DNA of 60,000 nt from Vicugna vicugna (GCA_013265495.1 MU058540.1:3063696-3123695); one strand, 5' to 3'; shown: positions 12,737 through 25,946, counted from the stretch's first letter. The notes: a model not told the origin generated them from the sequence alone. Translations and numbers: made by a program.

Positions 12737-14130
12737 AGACGCCACCTTCCTGGACCCCCCCCCCCACCTCGGGTGTGCGGAGATGGCACCTCCCCACCCA
12801 ACATGCCAGACATGCCCAGTGGAGACCCTCAGCATGTGTGCTATGCCTAGCAGGAGGAGGCAGCCCTCAGACCAGAATGGGGTCAGAGGAGGCCTTGTCA
12901 GGAGGGTGAGTCACCCCTTACTGTGTGAAGGGCCCTGTGCCAGCTGCCTTAATCTGGGCTTTCTTGTGAGGTCTTTCAGCACCTTAGCTGATCTGAAACT
13001 GAGGGGCAAAGAGGAAACAGAAGCTGCCTGGGGCACTTAGAGAGAAATGCAGAAGCTGAAATCAAATGTAGAACAGAAAACCTGGGACTCAGCTAATTCC
13101 ATGGGTTGAGGAACTGGGCATTGGGGCAATGGAGAGGGGTGGGAGAGCCAGTGAGGAGCCATGGAGGACTAGGTCCCAATCTTCTCTGCCACCAACCGGT
13201 GTGTGACTTCGGGCAGGTCATGTTGACTCGCTGCACCTGTTTCTCCTTGACTCACCTGGGAGGGACAGTTAAGGGTACAGGCTCAGAAGGTAGCCTGCCT
13301 GATCTGAATCCCACCTCTGCAACTCCCTTGCTGCAAGTTACTTATCCTCTCTGTACCTAGCTACAAAATTGGAAGTAATGAAAAACTTTCTCACAGTGTT
13401 TTGAAGATTTTGTTCCTGTCTGGTCCTCCCATATCCCAGCCTGCCTTCGTCATAAAGGTGCCCACCCTATGCTGTCATCACACACCTTTCCACACCAAAG
13501 GGAATGGGGCACAGCTCAATTCATAGGATATATCCAGTGAGGGTGGACTCTCTTATCTAAAGAGTTTAACTGGCCTACAGACCCAGTAGCTGGGCTAACA
13601 AAGCTACACTACAAAAGTGAAAGCTCACCCCTAGGGGAACAGGGAAGCTGATCCTAGACTGGCTTTTCCCTCTGCTAGAGATGTGGAGGGCATATCTCCC
13701 CCTGATAAGCCTGAGCTTTATCAGCTCCACCTGCCTTGAGAGTGTTGTATCAGTTACTAGGGTTTTAGGGGCTTTCCTGCTGCAGAGACTAAAAACAAGG
13801 GTGAGGTGCACAGGCAAGGGTGATTTGGGAGGGCACTTAAAAACCTCTATGTGCAGGAGGGGTTCCTCACTGCATTTTAAACAGGGAAGTATATAGTTCC
13901 CCAGAGAACAAAACAGTCTAGGCTGACTCATTTTGAAGACTGGAGTTCCCTCCAAGATAGGTATTGGGGAAGGAAGTGGAGGTCTCAGTAAACTCCTGAG
14001 TGCCAGGCACTCAGAGGCCACTGCATACCTGTGATTTGCATTAATCACCCCCAAATCCCTACCAGGGAGGTGCTATTCTTCTCCCTACTCTACAGACTGG
14101 AAACCCTCAGGTCTGCTCTGTTCTCCTCAG

Positions 14131-14362
14131 GTCCCCAGGAGCAGAGCCCAGAGCCCATAGACTGGAGGCTGAGCATCACCGCCCTGGGTGCAGGCCTCCC
14201 TCACCTGCAGGGCCACTGGAGAAGCCCACTGTGGGAGAGACCCTGGAGTCCGGGCCCAGGACAGTCAGCAGGAGATACCTGAGCTCCCTGAAGAACAAGC
14301 TGTCCAGTGGGGCCTGGAGGAAATCTTGCCAGCCTGGGACCTGCCCCGCCCCAGGGATGCAG
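14131..14362 (+). CDS. FGD2: FGD2 exon 2 (SPGAEPRAH...SRRYLSSLKNKLSSGAWRKSCQPG...MQ)
   Basis: Acceptor ttctcctcag|G, donor CAG|GTGCCT; 232 nt; overlaps ORF-track 14231..14452. Confidence 0.93.
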
Positions 14363-15087
14363 GTGCCTAAAGGCTGGGGTAGAAGTGGGGAGCTGGGGGC
14401 CCCTCCGCTCACGTTCCCACACATTCCCTCCCAGCCGCTTCCTCAGGTGTGACCAGAGATCAGCTGAAAGCTAAATTCACCCCTCCCCACCCCGTTAATG
14501 GGCTTTGGTTAGATACCTACTATGCACCCTATTGCTGGCATTATTTCTCATACCCCTCACTGTACGAGTCTTTTAGGTAAGGAAATTGAAACTCAGACAG
14601 CTTAAGGAATTTGTCCAAGGCTACACAGCTTGGAACCTGGTACCTTTCCTAGGTGTGGCCTCAGTTTACCTACCTGAGGAGGAAATGATCCCAACTAAAA
14701 ATATTGGTTGGTGCTAATTCCTGCCCTTAGACTGATCCAGGGCAGGTTACCTCCCTTCCCTGGGTTTCAGTTTTCTTGTCTGTGGAGTCTAAGGGCTAGG
14801 CCACATGATGCTGTGCACCCTGGAGCCAAACTGCCAGGGTTCATGTCCCAGCTCTTCTGTTAACTGTGTGACTTTGGGCGAGTCCCTTTTACCCCTTTAT
14901 GTCTGTTTCCTGATTTATAACATGGGGGTGGTGATCATAGTAGTACCTAATGTGTATACTGGTGATCAACTGCTACATAACAAAGTACCCCAAAATGTAG
15001 TGGCCAAATACAATTTACTATTCCTGACAGTTTCATGGGTTGACTGGAATGCTATTAGATGATTTTTCTATTGTCTCACTTGGGGTT

Positions 15088-15459
15088 TGCCTTAGTCAGC
15101 TCGGGCTGCCATGACAAAATACCATAGACTGAGTAACTTAAACAACAGAAATACAGTTTCTCACAGCTCTGGAGACTGGCTGTCCAAGAACAAGGTGCTG
15201 GCAGGGTTGGTTTCTGGTGAGCCTCCCTGCCTGTCTTGTAGATAGCCATCTTCTCACTGTGTCCTCACAGGACCTTTTCTCTGTACTCATGTTCTCCTGG
15301 TAGCCCTCTCTTCTTATAAGGACACCAGTCTTAATGGATTAGGGCCCCACCCTTATACCTCAGTTAACTTAATTACCAAAGGCCTTATCTCCAAGTAGAA
15401 TCACATTGAAGGTTAGGGCTTCAACAGATTAATTTGGGGACATAATTCAGTCCATAACA
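15088..15459 (-). mobile_element. Full MLT1A-type solo LTR nested in an older MLT1 LTR (about 14950-15845)
   Basis: TG...CA termini (tgccttagtcagctcgggctgcc...cagtccataaca), 5-bp TSD gggtt/gggtc. Confidence 0.8.
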
Positions 15460-15890
15460 GGGTCAGTCAGATGTTGCCTAAGATGGGAATGCCCAAGATA
15501 GCTCATCTCTCAAGCCTGGTGCCTGGGCAGGGACAGCCAAAAAGCCGGGCTGAGCTGGGACGCTGGCACAGCTGTGCCCCTCTCTCTCCGTGTAGTCCCA
15601 AGGCCTCTCCTCTCCATGTGGCCTCTCATCACGGCAGCTAACTTCTGGATGTGGTAGTTAATGCTCCCAAGAGAGCACAAGCAGAAGCTTCCAGGCCTCC
15701 TAAGGCTTTGGTCTGGAACTGGCACAGCCTCACTCTGCTCCATTCTCTCTCAGCTAGTCACAGCGCCAGCCCAGATGCACTGCAGGAGGGTGTGAATCCT
15801 GGGTGGTGTGTTTCACTGGGGCATTTTTGGAGACTGCTCCCATCAGAGGAGACCAAAGCTCTCCTTCTCCTCCCCTCAACTCCCCTGCAG

Positions 15891-15971
15891 GAGCCTGAGG
15901 AGAAGAGGATCGTCCAGGAGCTGCTGGAGACAGAGCAGGCCTATGTGGCACGCCTCCACCTGCTAGACCAG
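15891..15971 (+). CDS. FGD2: FGD2 exon 3, start of DH domain (EPEEKRIVQELLETEQAYVARLHLLDQ)
   Basis: Acceptor tcccctgcag|; DH CR1-like motif ELLETEQAYV; in-frame donor is non-canonical CAG|GCTAGT; 81 nt. Confidence 0.92.
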
Positions 15972-16649
15972 GCTAGTGGCCAGGATGCCCCCTCCTGAGT
16001 CCCAGCACCTGGATCTCCTCACTCCACCCCTGCTCTCCCTTCTGACCCAGCTCACAGGAACTGAGAGTTAGGACCTGGGGTTTGACTCTAGGAAGCCTTA
16101 GTACTTTAACCCAGTGGCTGGAGTTGGGGCAGAAATCGGGATTTAGCTCATTAGCACCACTCCTGATTCCACCCTTGGTGCCTGGGCTGGCCGCCCAGGT
16201 AGCAGAATACATACACAGCATCCTCATCTATCATCCCAGCGCCTGACATCCTCACCATTATTAGCCCTTCACACTTTCTCAAGGAGCCCCAAGATAAGAG
16301 GGCTAAATCACTGAACATCAGCAGTGGGTTCCTGAGTCTGGAGAAGTCTAAGACCTTGACAGACACAAGATGGGCCCATTTCTGACATTCATCAGCCTGC
16401 CAGCCTTTGGCCAAGTCCCCGCACCTCTAGGCTTTAGTTTGCCCATCTGTAAAGTGGACAGAATACAGTCTTCCCTGCCTATCTCTTCTTGAGGTTGTTG
16501 CAAGGGTGATGGGAGATTAAGGAAGTAGAAGCATTCAGCAATCTGGGGAGGGACCCCAAAGACCCCTGGAACTGTGCTCGTCTCCCCCGGGCAGGTGTTT
16601 GGGGGGTTCCCTCTCTGCCACAGGCACAGTGACCCATCGGTGGCTGCAG

Positions 16650-16798
16650 GTGTTCTTCCAGGAGCTGCTGAAGGAGGCCCGTAGCAGCAAGGCCTTCCCT
16701 GAGGATGTGGTCAGACTCATTTTCTCCAACATCTCCTCCATCTACCAGTTCCATGCACAGTTCTTCCTCCCAGAGCTGCAGCAGCGGCTGGATGACTG
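16650..16798 (+). CDS. FGD2: FGD2 exon 4 ([10 protein letters not shown]...[27 protein letters not shown])
   Basis: Acceptor ggctgcag|, donor TG|GTGAGA; 149 nt; DH motif IFSNI. Confidence 0.94.
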
Positions 16799-16967
16799 GT
16801 GAGATCTGGCAGCGTGACCTGGCTAGGTCAGGGTGCAGCCCCAGTGGCACTGGGTTTGGTCTGTTAGGCCTCTCCTCTTGCTGCTATGTGGCCACAGCAG
16901 TCTCATTCTTCCTCTGTGCTTGGTCTGTCTGCACAGTGAGGGGCTTGGATGATTGAGCCATGGCAGG

Positions 16968-16968
<1 letters not shown>

Positions 16969-16998
<30 letters not shown>
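16969..16998. repeat. (GT)15 microsatellite in FGD2 intron 4
   Basis: Read directly from sequence. Confidence 0.95.
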
Positions 16999-17004
<6 letters not shown>

Positions 17005-18031
17005 TCCATCCTGGGAAGGGGATGGATCAGGTCCTCACTAGGCTGAGTAACTTATGGGGCAGTGCAAATAGCCAGTGCTAACAGGGCTTCCTACATGCCC
17101 TGCCTTGGGATTTACACCTATTAACTCACTTCATCTTCAGATCAGCCCACTGTGTGATGGTGGCCTCGTGGTTATGAAAGAAACCCTCTCTATTTTCAGA
17201 GATGAGCACTAAAGTAGTTAGTAGTGAAATTAGTATCTTGCCAAAGAAATGCCATTAGGTCTGGAATGTCCCTTAAAATTCTTCAGCAAAGAATGCTAGT
17301 AGTTGTTAAATCCAGTGATAGATATATAGGGATTCATTATTATGTGTTTACTTTGCGATTGCTTAGAATTTGGGGGGAATAAAAATTAAAAAAAAAAGAC
17401 AACCCTGTGAGGTTGCCTACCCTCATGCACATTTTTTCAGATAGGAAAATTGAAGAACAGAGAGGCTAGGTGATTGGCCCAAGAACACACAGCAAGAGTG
17501 GTGCAACTGGGAATCAAACTCAGGCAGGCCAATTCCAGATTGTGGATCCTTACCACTCTTCTGTAACAGTCCCTGGGTTAAATGACCCTTCCTTACCCCT
17601 CTGAGCCTGGATTGCCTCCTCTCTCAGATGGGCCAGTGACTGTCCCTCCATCGCCATGCAGGGTTTTGAGAATGCAATGAGATGAGATATGCAGCATGTC
17701 CTGGGTAATGCTTGGCATGTGGCCCTTGTTATTGCTGCATGAACAAGCGCCAGGTGGTCATTGAACACCGGTTGTGGGCCCAACACTATGCTGGGCCTTT
17801 GGGGGAATCCAGTCCGTGGGAGAAAGCAGCACCTTCCCTCAGGGGGCTCACAGTCTAAGGGGGGTGAACCATACATGTGTGTGAGAATGACATGCCCCCC
17901 ATACCTGCTCCCAGAAGTGCTGCAGAAAGGCTGTTTTGCAGGGGTTCAGGGGAGCTAGACTAACCTGACCCTGCCTGGAGTCAAGAGAAGAGGACCCCAG
18001 GCTGAAGGCAATACCTGGGCCCCTCCTGCAG

Positions 18032-18188
18032 GACGACCACCCCCCGCATTGGCGATGTGATCCAGAAGCTGGCCCCCTTCCTGAAAATGTACAGTGAGTA
18101 TGTCAAGAACTTCGAGCGAGCCATTGAGCTGCTGGCCACCTGGACTGACAAGTCTCTACCCTTCCAGGAGGTTCTCACCCGCATTCAG
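18032..18188 (+). CDS. FGD2: FGD2 exon 5 (TTTPRIGDVIQKLAPFLKMYSEYVKNFERA...TRIQ)
   Basis: Acceptor cctcctgcag|, donor CAG|GTGAGG; 157 nt. Confidence 0.95.
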
Positions 18189-18402
18189 GTGAGGTCAGGG
18201 CGGGGATGGGGTGGAGCCTGCACTGTCACCCCTAGCCTGCAGTGGCTCCATTTCCCTGGGCAATTTTGGGCACCTCCCCAGCACAGCTGCTTCCTCAGGC
18301 CTTAGCACCTGCCTTGCCCATTCCCCTGACCCTCAGGGGCAGCCTGACCTACCCCTCCCCTCTTCTCATCCCTACACTCTCCTTTCCCTCTCCCTCCCCA
18401 AG

Positions 18403-18541
18403 AATAGCGAGGCCTCAGGCAGCCTGACCTTGCAGCACCACATGCTGGAACCTGTGCAGAGAATCCCACGCTATGAGCTTCTGCTCAAGGAATACGTCCA
18501 GAAGCTGCCAGCCCAGGCCCCAGACCTGGCCGATGCACAGA
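18403..18541 (+). CDS. FGD2: FGD2 exon 6 ([31 protein letters not shown]...DAQ)
   Basis: Long pyrimidine tract ending ccccaag|, donor AGA|GTGAGG; 139 nt; DH CR3 motif [12 protein letters not shown]. Confidence 0.95.
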
Positions 18542-19048
18542 GTGAGGACACCCCTGGGGAACCCAAGGGGCTGGGGAGGCCCAAGCCACTCTTATAATCT
18601 ATGGAACACCTGCAAAAATGGTTATGATGACCATCAGCCATCAACACTGATCATTGGTGTTTCATAGACATTGTCTATAGCATTAGCCATTTTTTAAACA
18701 GACACTAAGTCCCAGAGAGGTTAAGTGACTTGCTCAAGGTCACACAGCCAGAAAGGAGTAGAGTTGGGATTTAAAGCCATGCCTGCACCCTCTGGATCTG
18801 GGGAGAAATCAAAGTCACAGAAGCCAACCACCTAAGCCCTGTCTTTCAGTGGCTTCTAGTCTCTCTGCTCTAGGTAGGAAATGGCCTCCATCATCCAGAT
18901 ACCCCATGTGCCAGGCTACAAGGGCAGGGCTGCTCCTGAGGGTGCTCACAGCAGGCCCTGAGGCCACTTGGTTAACCCTCAAAGACCTCCTGCCTCAGCC
19001 ACCAGTCCCTCATTTTCAGGGGTAACTCTGGCCCCACCTTCATTTCAG

Positions 19049-19107
19049 AAGCACTCGACATGATCTTCTCAGCTGCTCAGCATTCCAACACAGCCATCAC
19101 TGAGATG
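19049..19107 (+). CDS. FGD2: FGD2 exon 7 (KALDMIFSAAQHSNTAITEM)
   Basis: Acceptor catttcag|, donor ATG|GTGAGC; 59 nt. Confidence 0.93.
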
Positions 19108-19353
19108 GTGAGCATCCCAGCCTTTGGGGTAGGAGCAGCAGGCATCCCCAGGAGGCCTGTCACCTCCTCCCTGCAGCTCTCAGCCTCCTCCAGCCCATAA
19201 AGGTCTGTGTATCCACTTATCTCCTGATCCTGACATATGACACCTGGCCCACTGCTGCCCTCCTCACACACTGTCCCTGTCCACTCAAAGCAAACCTTCC
19301 AGAAGCAGGTAGACCCTGCCTGACGTTGGCTGAGGGTCACCTCCTGTCCACAG

Positions 19354-19500
19354 GAGCGGCTGCAGGAACTATGGGAGGTGTACCAGCGCCTGGGCCTGGA
19401 GGACGACATAGTAGACCCCTCCAACACCCTGCTCCGAGAGGGCCCCGTCCTCAAGATCTCCTTCCGTCGCAGCGGCCCCATGGAGCGCTATCTTTTCTTG
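19354..19500 (+). CDS. FGD2: FGD2 exon 8 (ERLQELWEVYQRLG...LLREGPVLKISFRRSGPMERYLFL), start of PH1
   Basis: Acceptor gtccacag|, donor TTG|GTAGGA; 147 nt. Confidence 0.95.
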
Positions 19501-20223
19501 GTAGGAGGAAACTGGGGGCCTGCCCCACACTGGGGAGGGAAGTCCATGGGCCACTCTGCCCCAGGTCCTGCCTGCCTGGCATCTGCCTGGCACTGTAGGT
19601 TGAACAGAGAAGAGCCTGCTTCTCTGTCCTTCTGTGCTTTGGCACTTGGGTGATTTGGGACTGGTCACATGCTGCCTCCAGGCCTCAGGGATTTCCAACT
19701 GAGGGGGTCCCAGACGTGCCCTAGAAAGCAACAGAGTCCGAATTTGAACCCAGTCTCTTTGGCTCCAAAGCCTGTGGTATTAATCTGTGCTCTAGAGAGT
19801 GCAAAGCAGGGGGGAATTAGGTTGGCTACTAGGAAGAGCTGCCCAGGTTTGCACTGAAGAAGCAAGGATTGCTAGGGTCTCCTGGAGATCTGGAAACTGG
19901 TTCTGCCTGGATTTTGGGGAGGGAGCTATAACTTCTTGTCAACCCTTGCCACCCTCAGCCTCTATGAGAAAGGCCTAATAGGTTTCTGAGGTCTGCTGTG
20001 GTCCCTTGATGCTCACAGGTAGGGCATCGTTTAGTGACTATCTTAGGTGGGTTGGGGGCTAGACAACCTCTTCCTCATCACAGTTGTGATGTCCCAAGAA
20101 CTGGCCCAGAGTGTGGCGAGGGGGAGGGAGATCCGGGGGCTCAGCCTACTGTCTGGGAAGCTCCGCCTGACTGTCCTTCCTGCCCTGCCACTGCACACAC
20201 ACTCCTGCTTGTGTCTCCTGCAG

Positions 20224-20316
20224 TTCAACAACATGCTGCTGTACTGTGTGCCCAGGGTCATTCAGGTGGGCGCCCACTTCCAGGTCAGGACCCGCATTGA
20301 CGTGGCCGGGATGAAG
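20224..20316 (+). CDS. FGD2: FGD2 exon 9 ([31 protein letters not shown])
   Basis: Acceptor tctcctgcag|, donor AAG|GTGAGA; 93 nt. Confidence 0.95.
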
Positions 20317-20553
20317 GTGAGAGGCGCCCCAACCACCCTCAGCACCCCATCACACCCAGGGTGGGATCAAGTATGGGGAGTAGCAGGAGGGGCCAGTCTG
20401 GGTCTCAGTCCAAGAACACACGTGTGGCAGGTCTGGGGCCAATGTGAAGGTGGAAGAACGTGGGGTTAGAGGTCTCCCAGCTGGGCTCCCAGCCTTCCCT
20501 GTCCAGGCCCTTCCCATCTCTCAGCCTCCATCTGCTTTCCCTGCCTTCTACAC

Positions 20554-20716
20554 CAGTGCTTGGAAAACTGTAGTACATGCGTGAATCCCCTGGGAGTCTT
20601 ATAAAAATGTAGGTTCTGATACAGTAGGTCTGGAGTGGGCCCTGAGATTTTGCTTTTCTAACCAGCTCCTGGGTGATGCTGATACTGCAGCTCCCCAGGC
20701 CACACTTTGAGTAGGA
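20554..20716 (+). mobile_element. MER5-type hAT-Charlie MITE
   Basis: gaatcccctgggag...gatacagtaggtctggagtggg...ggtgatgctgatactgc...ccacactttgagtag. Confidence 0.65.
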
Positions 20717-21434
20717 AGAATATACACTGTCAGCTCAGCGGGTGGCTTCGTTGTGTCCTCATCCAGAGATGGTCCCAAATGACTGAGGACAGCATTCACA
20801 ACAGTGCCCATGGACTGGGTGGTCACTGTGGATTGGGCTCTGCATTACCCCATCAGATCCTCATAACAGCCCTGTGATGTAGGAGCTGTTACTAAACCCC
20901 TAGTTTTTTTTTTTTTTTGGCTTTTAGAAGTCTTTTAAAAATAATCGTATAACCTAAAAAATATAGATAATACACATTCCAAAATTAAACTATATCAAAA
21001 ATAAATGCAATAAAAATTCTCCTCCCCACTCCATTCCCTAGATTCCCTTCCTATAGGCAGCCTTCACTTTTTGTGAGGCCTTCCAAAGGCAGTCTTTGTA
21101 TACACAAACTAGCAATATATTCAGTATAGCTTCCTTACTTTTGTTTCACATAAACAGTGAGAGTATTTTTCATATGCACTATTCTGCACTTGACTTTTTA
21201 AACTAACTACTAATTCTGGAGACGGTTGCATGTCAGTATCTTAGTCATTTCCTCATCCTTTTGCATAGCTGCATAGTATCCTGGTGTGTAGATGTATCAT
21301 AATTCGTTCAGCCAATCCTCTACTGATGGGCATTTCAATTGCTCTCAGTTGTCAGTGTCTGCAAATGAGAACTGCATTGAATAACTGTGTACAGTTTGCC
21401 TGTGTTTGGGTATATCTGTAATTAACCCCATTTT

Positions 21435-22018
21435 TAAAAAAATGGAAATAAAATGATACATCCAGACAATGGAATATTATTCAGTGATGAAAAGAAATGA
21501 ACTGTTAAGCCATGAAAAGACATGGAGGAAACTTAAATGCATATTACTAAGTGAAAGGAGCCCATCTGAAAAGCATACATACATACATACATACATACTA
21601 CGTGTATATACTGTATGATTCCAATGATACGACATTCTGAAAAAAACAATGGATACAGAGGATCAGTGGTTATGAGGGGTTGGTGGGGTGAAAAGGCAGA
21701 CCGCAGAGGACTTTAAGTGCAGGGAAGCTATTTTGTATGGTACTAAAATGGTAGATACCAGTCATTATACATTTATCCAAACCCACAGAATGTACAACAC
21801 CCAGAGTGAACCCTAATCTAAACTGTGAACCTTTGGTAATAATGATAAGTCAACGCAGGTTCATTGATTCTAACAAATGTACCACTCTGGTGGGGAAATG
21901 TTATTAATGGGGGAGGCTGTGCATGTGTGGGCACAGGGAAAATCTCTGCACCTTCCTCTCATTTTTGCTGTGAACCTAAAACTGATGTAAAAAAAGTCTT
22001 TCTTAAAAGTTAAAAAAA
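21435..22018 (+). mobile_element. L1M(B-like) 3'-end fragment with internal (CATA)n
   Basis: catccagacaatggaatattattcag...gaaaagacatggaggaaacttaaatgcatattactaagtgaaa...A-rich tail. Confidence 0.8.
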
Positions 22019-25000
22019 GCAAGGCTCCGAGAGGTTAAGTAGCTTGCTTGGGGGTCACACAGCAAATCCTGGTTTGCATGATCAAACTCAGGTATAACAG
22101 AGTCCAGAGCCTCTATACCTAATCCCCATACTAAACTGTCTCCTACTAATTCTTCAACCCAGAGGGGTAAAGCATAGAGCAGAATTACAAGCACTGTGGA
22201 GGAAATAGTAGGGGAACCTTCTTGACCATCTCCCTCTGATGGCTCCTGAATCCCAGTGTCTGGGGCTGGAACAAGCAGAGGTCAGATCTGGACTATCTTG
22301 GTGCCTTTCCATCTCCCCCTTCCCTATCCCTATTGCCTCCACCTCCACCTCTCCCTACCCACCTCCCAGGATCTGCCCCAGGAGGGAGCTTCAGGCAGGA
22401 CTTGAGCCAGGACAATCCCTCCCTGGGCCTCTGAGAGCCCCCAGCAGGTGGGCCTTACCCCTACTCCTGACTGGACTTGCCTGGTACTTGGGGCTGAATC
22501 AAGGACCTGGGGATGGGGTACAGCCTGAGGGTGATAAGGGCCGATGGAGGCACATGGGCACTTTCTGGGGGTTCACAGCCCATCCCCCGTACCTCAGCTG
22601 ACTGAGTTCTTTTAGGAATTCAGCCCCACACACTGCGGCACCCAGCTTTTCTTCCTGAAGTGTCCAGAATGTTCCAGAGGCAAGGATGTATGCAGTTTGT
22701 ATGTCTGGGAACCTTGGTGAGAGAGACTAAGAAATTCAGGTTATAGAGAGTTACAAACAGAGAAATGGAGACAGGCAGCCCTGTCTTAGGACTGGCAGAG
22801 ACCCAGGCATAAAAAAAGAAAGGCAGAGATTGACAGAAAAGCCAAGAAATATAGAGACCAAATCAGAGCCAGAAAGAGAAAGTATGCAGAGACGGGCCTG
22901 AGAGTGTCAGATGCTTAGGGTGTGTGTCGAGGGCTCAGGAGCCCAGTGTGCCAGGTTCCTGGCGTCTGCCAGTCCCAGTGAACTCAGTCCCTGCAGGGTG
23001 TGTCTGGTGCTCCAGTGGCCACACAGCACCCTCTCTTGGATGGCACAGGCCTGCCTGGTGCAGAGCTGTCCACCCTCCCGTGTTTGTGCAGGAACTATTT
23101 TCTGAGTTTGAGGTTTGGGGGTAGATCTGTCCTTTAACCACCATAATGGTTCCCGCTGGCCCATGACTCCCAGCCTCCTCCTTCCTGAATGTCAGAGAGG
23201 CCTAGTCCTCAGCTGCTGATTCTCTCCCAAGATCTGGCTGGGTCCTGTCGTTGTGCCTGCACAGGGCCAACCAGGGAAGAAGGAAGGGGTGTGGGCACAT
23301 ACACACCCAGCATCTCCTTGGACAACTGTGTGGGTTGTGCACTGCACGAGCATGCCTCATCCCCAGCAGACAGCATAGATTGTATATTTACAGTTCTCGT
23401 CCGGCAGGTGGCAGTCAAGCATCTAGTTCAACAAAAGCTGAATATTATGCCAGTTTGCCAACAGATGTCAGTAAAGTGTTAAAGAAGGGGTGTCTTTTTC
23501 TAATTAGCACAAAGGCACTGTATGGGCTAGCAGGGGCCTGAACCGGCCCAGACCTAGGGAGTCTGGTGGTTGAGCCTGGGTACAGCAGACCTCAGGGAAC
23601 TGTCCTCTAGAAATCTTCATCCTGCCCCCTTGCAGAGGTGGTCCTGGACCCTCAGGTCAGGGGCTCCCCCCAGTTCCCTTTTTTCTGTTAAAAGAATCAT
23701 ATGTCTTCCTAGCTGTGGACTCCAAACCTTAGATTTCTCCCTTCTTTTCCTTCTCCCCTCTCCCTCACCCAATCAGTCCTGGAGTCTTGCCAGATTTCCT
23801 GATATTGTCCCCTAGGTAAGAACCTCTTCTCTCTCCAGGTGCAGGCAGGCCCTGGGCAGGCCTGGACCATTCAGGGTATCACTTCCTGGCTGCTGGTTTT
23901 TCCCACTTCCCCCAGACTCAGCCCTTCTACCCTTACATACAGCTGCTGGAGTGACTTTCCAAACACCTCTCTCCACATGAGCTTCTCCAATTACAAACCC
24001 TCAGAGCCTCCCCCTTGTCAAGGATATCGAGTACAAAGCACATCAGGCCCCTTCTAAAAGGAATGGACTGGTTCTGTGGGCCCAAAGTGTAGACTAGCCC
24101 TAATACAAGCATGTGCCCAGTCATTCTTTATGGGGTGCCTGAAAACGTGCCAAGGCCTGGTCACCACGGGGCAGAGAACAGCAGAAGGGCCCAAGTGTCA
24201 GGTAGATTCAGTGACAAGTTCCCCCATGCCAGGTCCTTGAGCTCTAGGTCTGTGTCTTAGCTTCTCTTTGTGACTTTCTCTTCACACTGCCTGGGAGAGG
24301 TCTATGCTTACTGGACTCTGGCAGCAGGGTGGAAATAGATGGACTTCCACCTTACCCTTGGGGGCCAAAAACCTGAGTTTGAATCCTCATTCTGCTGTTT
24401 AGGTGCTGTGTGACCTAGGCAGGTCCCTTGCCCTCTCTGATCTCCATTTTCTCATCTCCTAGATAAGGATGCCTCCCAAGATTGCTGTGAAGATTTTCTT
24501 TAACTTTTTATTATGGACTCTTTCAAGCCAAAAAAAAAAAATGAACTCTCATATACTCATCACCTGACTGCAACAATTAACTCAAAATTGGTCTTGTTTC
24601 CTTAGCATTCCCCTTCTTAATCCCCTTTTCCAATGGGTTATATAAGAGCAAATTCCAGACACATGATCATTTCACCTATAAATACTTTAAGAGATAAGAA
24701 CTCTCTTTTTGCTCAAAAAGATGCTAACAGTTCCATTATTGCATCTAACAAATTAATAATAATTATTTAATAACATTAAGAGCCTTTGGTTTTCCTTGAC
24801 TGTCTCATAATTGTCTTCTCACAGCTGATGTTTGAATCATTTGTGATATGCTTCTTATATCCCTTTTTATCAACACTTTCCTCTCCTTTTTTTCTTAACT
24901 ATTTATTTATTTTAATTGAAGTATGGTCAGTTACAATGTGTCAATTTCTGATGTCTCATTTATTAGTTGCAGAAATCAGATCATTTCTCTGGTTGAGTTT

Positions 25001-25780
25001 CTCAGAGTCTGGACTTTGCTGCCCACACCACTGTTGTCAGCATGTCCCACTTTCCCCTATACTTTTTGTCAACTGGTAGATAACCTAGAGACCTGACCAG
25101 ATGTAGCTGTCCCAGGGGACTGTAGCTGGTGACAGGCACTGCCCTCAGGGGCACATCATGGCCATTAAGCATTAGAATTAGTGATCAGTGGGGTCCCCAG
25201 TTGTGCGGATTAAGTGAGAACATGTGTGGAATGCTCAACGGCAGACAAAACAGTAGAAGCTGTGTGACTGGCGGCTTCCAAAACAGCCTCAGGTCGTGTG
25301 GATTTACGGGACAAGACGGTGAAAGGCAGGAAGTGGGGGCTCTGTTGGATCTACGAATTGGGTGATTGATTCCTTCATTCACTGTATGGGGAAGGTCTTA
25401 TTCCAGGCCCTACACCTACTCTTGAAAAAGCTGTATTCCCCAAATCCAATTTATAACCCAGTTTTCATCTTTGGTGATTCCTTTGTAAGGACACATCATC
25501 CCTACTTTCCACTGGACCAACGTGCTGCTGCTAAACTTCCAAGAGCCCTAAGTCCCACTTGCTCTATAGAACGAGGCTAGGATGCAGGTGTATTTACTTG
25601 GCCTGACAGGATTAGGAGGCGCTGAAAAAGCTCCCTTTCCCTGTTTCTCAAATTTGAATGGTTCCTGGGTCACACTCCACTTCCCTCACTGACAGTGCTT
25701 ACGGGGTGGGCGGGTGGGGAACGGGGTGGGCGGGTGGGGTATGGCAAGTCTGAGCGTCTGTTCCTCCCATTCCCGAGCAG

Positions 25781-25860
25781 GTGCGGGAGCTGACTGATGC
25801 CGAGTTCCCCCACTCCTTCCTGGTGTCCGGGAAGCAGCGCACCCTGGAGCTGCAGGCCCG
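25781..25860 (+). CDS. FGD2: FGD2 exon 10 (VRELTDAEFPHSFLVSGKQRTLELQAR)
   Basis: Acceptor ttcccgagcag|, donor CCG|GTAGGC; 80 nt. Confidence 0.94.
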
Positions 25861-25946
25861 GTAGGCAGGCGTGGGCTGGGGGCTGGGCGGGGCAGGAAAA
25901 CAGGGAGGCGCTGCCCGGCTAACACTTGTGTTCACTTCCCGAGCAG

